64,000 bases of DNA from an uncultured Kiritimatiellota bacterium (GCA_934621385.1 CAKTUI010000003.1:17998-81997); one strand, 5' to 3'. Positions 42,772 through 52,353 are shown, counted from the stretch's first letter. Translations and numbers: made by a program. The notes: generated by a model not told the origin, from the sequence alone.

Positions 42772-44064
42772 TCAGAGGACGCGGAGCGAGACGGGCAAAC
42801 CCGAAATCATACCCGACCGGACGATTTCATCCAACGCCTTCATCAAATCAGCCGTCTTCGCCTCGTGCGTCAGCACGACGACGGGGGCGAAGCCGTCCGT
42901 TCCGGCCGCCTTCTGGGAGGCCGCCGAGATTGAGACCCCATGCGCACCGAGCGTCGTTGCGATAACACCAAACGCACCCGGCTTGTCGGCCACATTGAAG
43001 CGGAGATAGTAGGAGGACGAAATCTCGCCCGCCGCACGCAACTTCATCTGCCCTTGCGCATAATCAGGGATGCCACGCGCATAGCGCGTCTCACCGTGCG
43101 CCAGGTTGCGGGCAATGTCACCAATGTCACCAACGACCGTCGAGGCCGTCGGTGCGCGTCCAGCACCCCGCCCGTAGTACATCGTGTAGTCGCTCATGTC
43201 ACCCTTGACCCACGCCGCGTTGAACGCATCGTTGACCGACGCGAGCATGTGCGTCATCGGCACAAGCGTCGGGCCGACACCGACCTCGACCTCATCACCG
43301 ACACGCGCAACACGCGCCAGGAGCTTGATCCGATAGCCGAAATCTGCCGCGTAACGCACATCCTCGCCCGCCAAGTTGCGGATGCCCTTCACATCCACCT
43401 CGTCAACCTTCGGCTGGAAGCCATACGCCAGCGCGGCAAGAATACAGGCCTTATGGGCCGTGTCGAACCCATCGATATCGAGGGATGGGTTCGCTTCGGC
43501 ATAACCAAGACGCTGGGCCTCCTTCAGGACCTCGTCAAACGGCAGCCCTTCATTCTCCATCCGCGTCAGAATGTAGTTGCAGGTTCCGTTCAGAATCCCG
43601 TGGATGGACTCAATCGTATTGCCGGCGAGACCTTCGCGCAGGACGCGGATGATGGGGATGCCACCACCGACGGAAGCCCCGAAATAGATGTCCACGCCAT
43701 TCTTCTTGGCCGTATCGAAAATTTCCGCACCATATTCGGCCAGCAGTTTCTTGTTGGCCGTCACAACGCACTTGTGGTTGTTGAGAGCCTCCAGGACGAA
43801 CGTCTTCGCGATACCCGTTCCACCAATCGTCTCGACGACAATCTGAACCTCCGGGTCGGCAATCACGCCCTTGGCATCCGTCGTCAGCACACCCTCCGGC
43901 ACGGCGATGCCGCGATCCGTCGTAATGTCGAGATCGGCAATCTTGCGCAGGACAATATCCACGCCCAGCCGCTGCGCCATGACATCGCGATGCTTCAGGA
44001 GGCCGTCCGCGACACCCGCACCAACCGTCCCAAACCCGAGTATCCCTACTCCAATCTGCTTCAT
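42772..44064 (-). CDS. hom: Homoserine dehydrogenase
   Basis: GILGFGTVGAGV NAD-binding site, central catalytic domain and C-terminal ACT domain. Confidence 0.85.
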   Translation of the reverse strand: MKQIGVGILGFGTVGAGVADGLLKHRDVMAQRLGVDIVLRKIADLDITTDRGIAVPEGVLTTDAKGVIADPEVQIVVETIGGTGIAKTFVLEALNNHKCVVTANKKLLAEYGAEIFDTAKKNGVDIYFGASVGGGIPIIRVLREGLAGNTIESIHGILNGTCNYILTRMENEGLPFDEVLKEAQRLGYAEANPSLDIDGFDTAHKACILAALAYGFQPKVDEVDVKGIRNLAGEDVRYAADFGYRIKLLARVARVGDEVEVGVGPTLVPMTHMLASVNDAFNAAWVKGDMSDYTMYYGRGAGRAPTASTVVGDIGDIARNLAHGETRYARGIPDYAQGQMKLRAAGEISSSYYLRFNVADKPGAFGVIATTLGAHGVSISAASQKAAGTDGFAPVVVLTHEAKTADLMKALDEIVRSGMISGLPVSLRVL

Positions 44065-44316
44065 CTGTTTCGTCCTTCCATCTGTCAGAAAATCGGCATA
44101 TTTTACTCTTTTCGGCGGCTAAAAGTCAATGCCGCCCCGAGAAGAATTGCGCGGAAACCGCGCAAGAGTCGAGCCAACCCATTCCGTGATTTCCGCAAAC
44201 GCCGCGCGTTTCTTCACCGCACCATCCGGTCCGATTCGGCACGCGGCAACACGCTTGTCGGCAGGACGGAACACGGACAAGCCGACGCCCGATTCAAGTC
44301 CTGCCCATCAGCGCAG

Positions 44317-44427
44317 ATTCTCGTGCCCATCGGACGGAGACTTACTCTATGAGTAAATCAAAACTTACTCATAGAGTAAGTCCAAAGTTACTCATAGAGT
44401 AAGTTTCTTTCTGATGGGCACGAGAAT
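44317..44427. repeat. Palindrome-array element, copy 2 (three ACTTACT-CATAG/CTATG-AGTAAGT units inside an outer inverted repeat)
   Basis: Outer IR is ATTCTCGTGCCCATC .. GATGGGCACGAGAAT. The scaffold (AGACTTACT..AGTAAATCAAAACTTACT..AGTAAGTC.AAAGTTACT..AGTAAGT) is nearly identical to copy 1, but the unit centres differ. Confidence 0.8.
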
Positions 44428-44656
44428 TCCAGGCGATACCGACACCGCGCCGCCGGGATGCGCAGGAGAGTCCCATCTACAGCCTTTCTCTCGGCAAAAT
44501 GACAAGAACAAGAGAAAAATGTGACACTTTCAAGAGAAATCCCTCATCGGCAACGGAAAGCGGGGCACTGCTCACGTCGGGAATGCCGCTTCTGATGGTC
44601 TATGTCCGCGACAGGAATGCGCCGAACGATGACGCGTGGACAGTCGACGCGAAAGA

Positions 44657-44665
44657 TGGTAGACT
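44657..44665 (+). promoter_or_regulatory. Extended -10-like promoter (TGGTAGACT), near-leaderless
   Basis: Ends 8 nt before the ATG at 44674. Confidence 0.35.
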
Positions 44666-44673
44666 ACTTCCCC

Positions 44674-45966
44674 ATGTTCAGCCGCGGCAGTTCTATCGGT
44701 TCATTCTGGAAGCACGCAATCTTCCTCTTTCTCGCCCTCCGGGTTGGCGATTTCGTCAATCTGGCGGCGGGGCTTTGGTTTGTCCCGAAGTACATCTCAC
44801 CCCAGGAACTGGGCGCGGTTCTGCCCGTCACGACCTTTGCGACCTTTCTCTCTCTCCCCGTCTTTGCCTTCGCCATGACGGTCATGCGCGAGAGTGCGCA
44901 CCTTTCGGCCCTTGACGAGCGCGGCAAACTGAAGACCCTGCTTCGGGGTGTCTTCATCGTCATTGCCGTCCTGGCGGCCCTTTCACTCGTCGGTGCCGCG
45001 CTGGCCATTCCTCGGTTTTTGACCGCCATGCGCGTACCCGACGCGCTTGTCGGGTTTCTTGTCGTCGCGGCGGCCTTCCTCGGTTGCATCGCCCCCGTCT
45101 ATTCCGATGCCCTCCAGTCCCTTCGCAAGTTCAACGCCCTCGGACTCATTGAAATCATCGGCTCGCTTGCCCGGTTCGCTGTCCTCGCGATCACCATGCC
45201 CCTTCGCGCCCTCGCCGGCTATTTTGCCGGGCAGACTCTGCCGCCGCTCGTCCGCATGGCCGGCAGCGTGTTCGCGCTTCGCCGCGACCTCTCCGTCCCT
45301 GCCGCGCCCTACTGGTCCCGCCCCATTGTCCGCAAGATCGCCCTCATCTTCATTGGAATTCTCGCCTACCAAATTGCCCCGATGCTGGCAGGCCTTCTTG
45401 AGCAGTCCGTCCTTCGGACGCACCTCTCCGACTTTGATTCAGCCGGCTTCTACATGATTAGCCGATTCTCCGACTTCCTCTACTATCTGACATTTCCCCT
45501 CCTGCTCGTCATGTTCCCCTACACGGCCAATGCCTCCGAGACCGGCAAGTCGACGCGGCCGTTCGTCCTGTCCTGCAGTCTCCTCACCCTCGGCGCGGCA
45601 GTTCTGATGATGGTCGTCTACCACTTCTTCGGGCGCGAACTCCTTGCCCTGCTCCCACACGGCGCGGACTACGCGACACTTGCGACCTTCATGCCGTTCC
45701 TCGTCCTCATCACCGCCCTCACCGCCTGCCAGACCTTTTATACGAATGCGGAAGTCTCAGCCGGACGCTTCGGCTTCCTCGGCTGGTTCCTCCCCGTCAA
45801 CGCGGCGTATTCCCTCGCACTGTTCACATTGGCAGGGACCATCACCAGCCTCCGCACGATGCTGGTATGGATGGCCGCTCTTGCCGCGCTTCGCTTCGTC
45901 CTCGCCCTCGGATTCATGTGCCGAGCGCACAGGACGGGCACTCGCCGTTCGGCGAACTGCCGTTAG
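44674..45966 (+). CDS. Polytopic membrane protein, polysaccharide-flippase-like (Wzx/MOP-type)
   Basis: About 12 hydrophobic helices. Start chosen at MFSRGSS (the ORF track starts at 44602). The family call rests on topology only. Confidence 0.45.
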   Translation: MFSRGSSIGSFWKHAIFLFLALRVGDFVNLAAGLWFVPKYISPQELGAVLPVTTFATFLSLPVFAFAMTVMRESAHLSALDERGKLKTLLRGVFIVIAVLAALSLVGAALAIPRFLTAMRVPDALVGFLVVAAAFLGCIAPVYSDALQSLRKFNALGLIEIIGSLARFAVLAITMPLRALAGYFAGQTLPPLVRMAGSVFALRRDLSVPAAPYWSRPIVRKIALIFIGILAYQIAPMLAGLLEQSVLRTHLSDFDSAGFYMISRFSDFLYYLTFPLLLVMFPYTANASETGKSTRPFVLSCSLLTLGAAVLMMVVYHFFGRELLALLPHGADYATLATFMPFLVLITALTACQTFYTNAEVSAGRFGFLGWFLPVNAAYSLALFTLAGTITSLRTMLVWMAALAALRFVLALGFMCRAHRTGTRRSANCR

Positions 45967-46580
45967 TCGCCGATACGGACGCGACGGCCCTCAATGCGGT
46001 ACTTGCCGGACGACAGGATATTGAGCGCCTCCGGATACGCCAGATGCTCCTGAACCTGGATGCGGGCATGGAGCGATTCGGGCGTGTCGTCCTCCAAGAC
46101 GGGGACGGCTTTCTGCACGAGAATCGGACCTGAATCGGTGCCCGCATCAACGAAATGAACGGTCACGCCCGCGACCTTGCACCCATAGTCGAGCGCCTGC
46201 GTCCAGCTGTGGACGCCCGGGAAGGCCGGCAGGAGCGCCGGGTGAATGTTCAGGACGCGATTGGGAAAGGCGGCGAGAAGTTTCGGCTTCACAATGCGCA
46301 TGAAGCCGGCGAGCACGACGGTGTCGACCCCGGCCGACTTGAGCAGTTCAATGCAGTGGTCTTCGGCCACGCCCTCAAGTTTCGTCTTCCAGGGCGAACA
46401 GTCGAGATATTGGCAGGGAATGCCGTGCCGACGCGCCCGTTCCAAGATCCGCGCATCCGCCACGTCCGCCAGCACCAGACGGATGTCCGCATCAAGCGTC
46501 CCCGCGTCAATCGCGTCGACAATCGACTGCATATTCGAACCAGCCCCCGACCCGAGGACACCCAAATGCAACTTGCTCAT
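45963..46580 (-). CDS. purN: Phosphoribosylglycinamide formyltransferase
   Basis: VLGSGAGSN..VVLAGFMRI..NIHPALLPAF..G..VHFVD.G.D.GPI. Confidence 0.85.
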   Translation of the reverse strand: MSKLHLGVLGSGAGSNMQSIVDAIDAGTLDADIRLVLADVADARILERARRHGIPCQYLDCSPWKTKLEGVAEDHCIELLKSAGVDTVVLAGFMRIVKPKLLAAFPNRVLNIHPALLPAFPGVHSWTQALDYGCKVAGVTVHFVDAGTDSGPILVQKAVPVLEDDTPESLHARIQVQEHLAYPEALNILSSGKYRIEGRRVRIGD

Positions 46581-46601
46581 CGTTCCCAAACCCTCCTAAA
46601 A

Positions 46602-47765
46602 CTACTTGAGAAATTCCTTCAGTCCGCCGCGTGGAACGGCCGTCATCGCATTCTTCAGCAACTTGAAGAGGATGCCGCGCTCCGCCGCGCTCATCTCGGC
46701 AAGCGACCCCATGCGCCCCGCGAGTTCAATGGCGAGGTTGTCAAACCTGCCGCGCTGGGCCGAATCGTCCTTCGCGTCAAACGGATAACTCCCCTCGCGC
46801 ACCCACGCGCCAATCTTGCCACGCGACTCCGCCTCGGACAGCACGGCAAAATGGGCCTTGAGCACTTTCCGCGCCGCATCGAGATAGTTGCGCACTTCAG
46901 GGTTCAGTTCGTCCATCACCAGCGCATTCTCGGCATTGAGTGCCACAAAGCGCGGCGAAACGAGATAAGCCGTGAAACTCGCGCCACCCGATCGGATGCC
47001 CGCCGGCAGCTCGTGGAGCTGGAAACCGTCCGGCCCGGAGAAGACGAGCCGTCCCGAACCGAGGAACCGCCGCTTCCACTCGATAATTTCCAGTTTCGCC
47101 TCCGCGCCGCTCTCAATCGTCACCTTGTAGTCCGTCGTCCGCTTCTGCACGATGACCGGTGTCACGGGAATTCCATTGAAGTAAATCCGAACGTTCGGAT
47201 AGCTCTTCAGGTAAAGGGCGAACTTGGCGGCAAGCGTCTGGACGACCTCCGCCGCGTTGTAGAGGGAACTGCTGTTCGCCTTGATGTTCTGAATGAAGAC
47301 CTCTGTTCCCGTCGCAGGGCCGGGTTGCGGCGTCGAATCCAGTTCAAAGATGCCCGGATTCTCGCAGTCGCCCCAAATTCGATAGGAAAGCAACTCCCCG
47401 CCAATGCGCACCGTTGTCCGCCATTCGACGAAACCACCAAGGGCAAAAGCCTTGAAACGCCCGCACCCATGCCGCCCGTGCAACCGTCGGTGAGCACCGA
47501 CCGTTTCGGTCCGATTGCGCTTCCAGCTGCCGCCCAGCGACCCGAAGGTCGCGTCCGCCCGCAGGACATCCACGCCCGTCCCATCGTCTGAAATCCGTAT
47601 GGCATCAATCCCGTTGACCTGATTGACGATGAGGTCGACCTTCACCTCATGCGCATCGGCATCAAGCGCATTCCAGATGAGTTCCTCCAGCGCGAGAATC
47701 GGCGAGGATCTGGAAAGGGACGCAATGTAGTCGGCCTGCGCCTGGACAAGAATCTGCTTGCTCAT
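46602..47765 (-). CDS. GHKL-superfamily (HATPase_c_3-like) ATPase with unknown C-terminal domain
   Basis: N-box ELIWNALDADA, G1 ISDDGTGV, G2 HGRHGCGRFKAF. ATGA overlap with the xseB stop (47762-47765). Confidence 0.6.
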   Translation of the reverse strand: MSKQILVQAQADYIASLSRSSPILALEELIWNALDADAHEVKVDLIVNQVNGIDAIRISDDGTGVDVLRADATFGSLGGSWKRNRTETVGAHRRLHGRHGCGRFKAFALGGFVEWRTTVRIGGELLSYRIWGDCENPGIFELDSTPQPGPATGTEVFIQNIKANSSSLYNAAEVVQTLAAKFALYLKSYPNVRIYFNGIPVTPVIVQKRTTDYKVTIESGAEAKLEIIEWKRRFLGSGRLVFSGPDGFQLHELPAGIRSGGASFTAYLVSPRFVALNAENALVMDELNPEVRNYLDAARKVLKAHFAVLSEAESRGKIGAWVREGSYPFDAKDDSAQRGRFDNLAIELAGRMGSLAEMSAAERGILFKLLKNAMTAVPRGGLKEFLK

Positions 47766-47962
47766 GCCTTGAACTCCTCAACATCACCCGCCTTGGTGAC
47801 TTTCTCAATCCGCTGACGAATCGAGTCGAGATCCTTCGTACAGGAATCAACGAGCTTACGGCCTTCTTCAAAGGCCGCAATCATTTCATCAAGCTTCAGT
47901 TCGCCCGACTCCATCTTGCCCACCAATTCCTCAAGCCGCTTGAGGTTGTCTTCGAATTTCAT
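47762..47962 (-). CDS. xseB: Exodeoxyribonuclease VII small subunit
   Basis: Start at ATG 47962. FEDNLKRLEELVGKMESGELKLDEMIAAFEEGRKLV. Confidence 0.8.
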   Translation of the reverse strand: MKFEDNLKRLEELVGKMESGELKLDEMIAAFEEGRKLVDSCTKDLDSIRQRIEKVTKAGDVEEFKA

Positions 47963-47972
47963 AAGTGCGTGT

Positions 47973-47981
47973 ATTATACCA
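47973..47981 (-). promoter_or_regulatory. Extended -10 promoter (TGGTATAAT)
   Basis: Reverse complement of attatacca. The predicted start is ~4 nt before the xseB ATG. Confidence 0.5.
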
Positions 47982-48142
47982 CAAACCGCTCGTTCTTGGG
48001 CTTGCGCGAAACTTCCGCCCGGCCATCTTGCCTCCTTGCGCAAGATGAAGCACGAAGGCGAAAAAACAGAGCAAGTTCGCCGCCTCGCGGCAAGTAAAGG
48101 CGTGCGGTCAACGAGGTGAGCTCTGCAAAGTTTCGCGGTTTT

Positions 48143-48151
48143 TGGTAAACT
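48143..48151 (+). promoter_or_regulatory. Extended -10-like promoter (TGGTAAACT)
   Basis: About 37 nt upstream of the GH2 ATG, which has a GAGGAGG RBS. Confidence 0.35.
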
Positions 48152-48187
48152 ATTGCCGTTGTTGGGTTTTGTAGAGGAGGATTCGGT

Positions 48188-50086
48188 ATGCTGAAGGAGT
48201 TGATTCTGTTGGGCGCGTGTGCCGCGCTGAGTCCGTGTGCGTTGGCCTATCGGCCGGCCCCCGCGCCACTGATGACGCCCTGGGGCGAAAAGGTGACGCC
48301 CGAAAACGCTTGGCGGGATTATCCGCGTCCCCAGATGGTCAGGGACGGTTGGGTGAACCTGAACGGCGAATGGGATTACGCCATTACCAGCGTGACGAAT
48401 ACGCCGGGCATCCCCTCGTCCTGGGCCGGGAAGATTCTCGTGCCCTTTGCGTTGGAATCGCCGCTCTCGGGGGTCGGGCGTCTACTCCAGCCCGATGAGT
48501 TCTTGTGGTATCGGCGCACCATCTCCTGTGAAAAGCGTTCGGGTGAGCGCACCCTCCTTCATTTTGGCGCGGTCGACTTCCGTGCGCAGGTTTTTGTCGG
48601 CGGGCGTGAGGTGACGGACATTCCGCACGAGGGGGGCCAGTTGCCGTTTACGCTGGATGTGACGGACTTCCTTGCAGAGGGAGACAATGAGTTGGTGGTC
48701 TGCGTGTGGGACCCAACGGACGAGTTCGTCAATTCCCGTGGCAAGCAGAGCCTGCGCCCGGGCGGCTGCTTCTACACGCGTGTTTCCGGCATCTGGCAGA
48801 CGGTGTGGATGGAACGCGTCCCCGAGACGTTCGTCTCCGCCTACAGGGTGACAACAGACATCGACGCGGGAACGGTCTCCTTCCAGTTCGACGTAACAAG
48901 CCCACTGTTTGCAAAGCCCGAGGTCAAGGTCTCTGTTGCGGGAATTGAAGGTGTCACGGAGAACGGCCGCCTGACCCTGAAGATGCCCACCGGCTTCAGG
49001 CTCTGGAGTCCATCGTCGCCAAATCTCTACGCCTTCGCGGCGGTCTGCGGCTCCGACCATGTGCGTGGCTATTTCGGAATGCGCAAGATTGAAAAGCGCG
49101 TCGACGCGAAGGGCATCCTGCGGTTCCATCTCAACAACGAGCCGGTCTTCATCCTGGGGACGCTGGACCAGGGATGGTGGCCCGACGGCCTCCTAACACC
49201 ACCGTCCGAGGAGGCGATGCGTTTTGACATTGAGACATTGAAGGCGTGTGGGTACAATGCGATGCGCAAGCACATCAAGGTCGAGCCCCTGCGCTACTAT
49301 TACCTCTGCGACACGCTGGGCATTCTCGTCATTCAGGATATGCCCAGCGGAACGGTCTCCTGGCTGGATCCTCTGAAGGCGAAGACCTTCCAGCGCTATA
49401 CCCTGCAACGCGGCGAAATGAAGGGGATGATGGATGCGCTCGGCTCGTCGCCGGCGATTGTCATGTGGTGCCCCTACAACGAGGGCTGGAGCCAGCCGGG
49501 TGAATTCCCGACGCATACGATGCTCGACTTTATCCGCAACTACGACTCGACGCGCCTCGTGAATGGTCCGAGCGGATGCTGGGACTGGGAGGGCGGCGAA
49601 TTGTTGCCGACCGGATGGGTTGCCCCCGAGAAGCGTGTGCGCACGAGCCACAAGCCGGCCGATGTCTGCGAAGCGGCGGATGCCGTTGACTACCACCTTT
49701 ACCGTGGCCCGGGGATGATCCCGCTCAATCCGCGGCGCGTTTCGTTCCTTGGCGAGTTCGGCGGACTCGGTCATCCCGTTGCCGACCATCTCTGGAAGAA
49801 ATCGGAAGGCGGCTGGGGCTATGGTGGGCTGAAGGACACGAAGACCCCCGAGGGACTTGAGCGGACATATGCGGGATTGTTGGGCAAAGTCGCCGAACTA
49901 GCGCGTGACGGACTCGGCGGAGCCATCTACACGCAGACGACGGACGTAGAATTTGAAATCAACGGCCTGATGACTTACGACCGAAAGGTGCTGAAGTACA
50001 AGCCGTCCGTCCTGAAGGCCCTGCACGAGCGTGTACAAGAATCCTTCGCCCAAGCAACTGAGGGGAAACCGGCGGACGGCAAGTAA
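48188..50086 (+). CDS. Secreted glycoside hydrolase family 2-like enzyme
   Basis: Signal peptide; GH2 sugar-binding-type N-domain (WDYAIT..VPFALES..LWYRR..HFGAVDFRAQVFVGG) followed by a TIM-barrel region. Confidence 0.65.
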   Translation: MLKELILLGACAALSPCALAYRPAPAPLMTPWGEKVTPENAWRDYPRPQMVRDGWVNLNGEWDYAITSVTNTPGIPSSWAGKILVPFALESPLSGVGRLLQPDEFLWYRRTISCEKRSGERTLLHFGAVDFRAQVFVGGREVTDIPHEGGQLPFTLDVTDFLAEGDNELVVCVWDPTDEFVNSRGKQSLRPGGCFYTRVSGIWQTVWMERVPETFVSAYRVTTDIDAGTVSFQFDVTSPLFAKPEVKVSVAGIEGVTENGRLTLKMPTGFRLWSPSSPNLYAFAAVCGSDHVRGYFGMRKIEKRVDAKGILRFHLNNEPVFILGTLDQGWWPDGLLTPPSEEAMRFDIETLKACGYNAMRKHIKVEPLRYYYLCDTLGILVIQDMPSGTVSWLDPLKAKTFQRYTLQRGEMKGMMDALGSSPAIVMWCPYNEGWSQPGEFPTHTMLDFIRNYDSTRLVNGPSGCWDWEGGELLPTGWVAPEKRVRTSHKPADVCEAADAVDYHLYRGPGMIPLNPRRVSFLGEFGGLGHPVADHLWKKSEGGWGYGGLKDTKTPEGLERTYAGLLGKVAELARDGLGGAIYTQTTDVEFEINGLMTYDRKVLKYKPSVLKALHERVQESFAQATEGKPADGK

Positions 50087-50160
50087 GATTCCATCCGCCG
50101 CGTCGCGGCCTGTGGTCGGTCTCTCACCCCTCTCGCGCAAGCCCCCGAACAGGCGGTTTA

Positions 50161-50169
50161 TGGTATAAT
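50161..50169 (+). promoter_or_regulatory. Extended -10 promoter (TGGTATAAT)
   Basis: 31 nt upstream of the ATG at 50200, which has an AAGGAG RBS. Confidence 0.5.
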
Positions 50170-50199
50170 ACCGACAAATCCATTAAGGAGTATCGACAC

Positions 50200-50880
50200 A
50201 TGTCGCTGAATATTGTACGAAAGATAGATGATCGCGTTGCCGTGAAGAATGTCCTGATGTCCGTTTCGGACAAGACGGGACTTGAGACCTTTGTGCCTGC
50301 GCTCGTCAAGGCTTGCCCCGGGGTGAAGATCTACTCAACGGGCGGCACCTTCGCAAAAGTAAAGGAGATTCTTGGCGAAAAGGCTTCGGATACGCTTGTG
50401 TCGGTCTCTGACTATACGGGACAGCCCGAGATGCAGGGCGGACTTGTGAAGACGCTGGACTTCAAGATTTACCTCGGACTTCTTTCCGAGACCTACAATG
50501 ACGCGCATCAGGCCGACCTGAAGCGCCTTTCGGCGTGTCCGATTGACATGGTTGTCGTGAATCTCTATCCGTTCCGCGAGACGGTGGCCAAGCCGGATGT
50601 CACGCCCGAGATGGCTCGGACGAACATTGACATTGGCGGTCCCTGCATGGTGCGGGCCTCGGCGAAGAACTACCTGCGCGTTGCGTCCGTGACGGATCCT
50701 CTCGATTATGCCGCGATTGCGGCAGAACTTGCCGCGCATTCGGGGACGATTGGTCTTGATACACGCTTCCGCCTGATGAAGAAGGCCTTTGCCCACACGG
50801 CCGAATACGACACGGCCATTTCGAAGTTCTTTGCAACGCGAACCTGGCAGGAAATCGAGGCAACCTATGAAACTCTTTGA
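50200..50880 (+). CDS. purH: IMP cyclohydrolase (MGS-like) domain of PurH only; AICAR transformylase domain absent
   Basis: LMSVSDKTGL..STGGT..VSDYTGQPEMQGGLVKTL..VVVNLYPF..NIDIGGPCMVRASAKN. The ORF stops in the interdomain linker. Confidence 0.7.
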   Translation: MSLNIVRKIDDRVAVKNVLMSVSDKTGLETFVPALVKACPGVKIYSTGGTFAKVKEILGEKASDTLVSVSDYTGQPEMQGGLVKTLDFKIYLGLLSETYNDAHQADLKRLSACPIDMVVVNLYPFRETVAKPDVTPEMARTNIDIGGPCMVRASAKNYLRVASVTDPLDYAAIAAELAAHSGTIGLDTRFRLMKKAFAHTAEYDTAISKFFATRTWQEIEATYETL

Positions 50881-52342
50881 GGAATTCAAGCGACTGCGGA
50901 AGGAGCATCCGGCGGATGCGGCCTTTCTGCTCACCTCGGGCGACCGGTATCTGCCCATCACCTGGCGACAGTTCACCGATGACATTGCAATCATCTCGTG
51001 GATTATCGAGAACTATGCGCCGGGTGGGGTCATCGGCCTCATTGGCGAAAACTCCTACGAATGGATGGCGACGCATGCCGCCTGTCTCTTTTCGGGTGCG
51101 ACGGTTGTGCCGATTGACGTAAACCTTTCGGCGGACGAAATTGCCGCGCGGCTTCGCACGGTTTCGGCCTCCGTACTCGTCCATTCGGCCCTGTATGCCG
51201 AGAAGTCGCGAGCTGTCGCGGCGAAGATGCCGGGGCTTGCAACGGGTGGTTTCGGCTCGCGCAAGACGGACTTCTTTCTTGAGGCCGGCCGCAAGGCGAT
51301 TGCGTGTGGGCTCAAGACCATCTGGGATCGGGAGTCCGTCGACACGAGCAAGACGTCGATGATCGTCTTTACGAGCGGTACGACGGCTGAACCGCGTGGC
51401 GCGGAGCAGACGATTCGTGCAATTGAAACATTCATTGAGTGCTGGTCACCGGCCCTGAAGATGGAGTCGGGCAGCCGTTCACTGATGCTTCTGCCGCTTT
51501 ACCACATCTTTGGCATTTGCACGGCGTATGCCATGCTGGCCAGTGGCGTGGCTCTTGGCGTATGCCCGGACTTCCGCCGCATTTACGATGCGGTGGAACG
51601 TTTCCGCGTGAATTTCATCTTCCTCGTACCGGCACTTGCCGAGATTTTGGCCGCGAAGATCGCCCAGCACGGGCGGAGCGCCGAGGAGGCGCTCGGTGCG
51701 CCGATTGATTGGATTCTGACGGGCGGGGCACCACAGCCACGCCGCACCTTTGAGCGTCTTCAAACGCTGGGTGTCAAGGTCCTGACTGGATATGGCCTGA
51801 CGGAAACCGCCGCCGTCTTCTCGGTGGCTCCCTTCGATCAAGATCCGCACGTCGGAAGTGCCGGTCGTGCCGTCCAGCATCCCGAGGTCGAGACGAAGGT
51901 CTCCGAGAGGGGCGAACTGCTGGTGCGCGGTCCGAATGTCATGAAGGGCTATTACCACATGCCCGAAAAGACGGCGTCCGTCATCGACAAGGACGGGTGG
52001 TTCCACACGGGAGACATCGGGCACATTGACGAGGATGGCTATGTCTGGATTACGGGCCGGGCTTCGCGGACGATTGTTCTCTCTTCCGGCAAGAAGATTG
52101 CGCCGGAGGAACTTGAGGAAAAACTCCTGAGTATGCCGGGTGTCCTTGAGGCCCTGGTGACGGGTGATGGTGCGACGCGCACGATTCAGGCCGAGCTTTA
52201 CGGGTCGGTTCCGGAGGCCTCGCTCAGAAAGTCCGTCGATGCACTAAACCTGATGCTTCCAGTTTACAAGCGAATCTCCAAGGTCGTCGTCCGGCAGGAG
52301 CCATTCCCCCGGACATCGTCCGGCAAGATCAAGACGCACTGA
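50867..52342 (+). CDS. AMP-dependent acyl-CoA synthetase/ligase
   Basis: Start at ATG 50867 (14-nt overlap with the purH fragment). FTSGTTAEPRG, TGYGLTETA, GWFHTGDIG, SSGKI. Confidence 0.8.
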   Translation: MKLFEEFKRLRKEHPADAAFLLTSGDRYLPITWRQFTDDIAIISWIIENYAPGGVIGLIGENSYEWMATHAACLFSGATVVPIDVNLSADEIAARLRTVSASVLVHSALYAEKSRAVAAKMPGLATGGFGSRKTDFFLEAGRKAIACGLKTIWDRESVDTSKTSMIVFTSGTTAEPRGAEQTIRAIETFIECWSPALKMESGSRSLMLLPLYHIFGICTAYAMLASGVALGVCPDFRRIYDAVERFRVNFIFLVPALAEILAAKIAQHGRSAEEALGAPIDWILTGGAPQPRRTFERLQTLGVKVLTGYGLTETAAVFSVAPFDQDPHVGSAGRAVQHPEVETKVSERGELLVRGPNVMKGYYHMPEKTASVIDKDGWFHTGDIGHIDEDGYVWITGRASRTIVLSSGKKIAPEELEEKLLSMPGVLEALVTGDGATRTIQAELYGSVPEASLRKSVDALNLMLPVYKRISKVVVRQEPFPRTSSGKIKTH

Positions 52343-52353
52343 CTGGCTGACGC

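Noticed and set aside
38634-47591. Plus-strand ORFs 38634-39839, 41312-42412, 42940-44352, 46155-47591 (and 55360-56550 further right)
   Set aside because: Each lies antisense to a clearly identifiable gene (prmA, lysC, hom, GHKL ATPase, GT4) and shows antisense-type composition.
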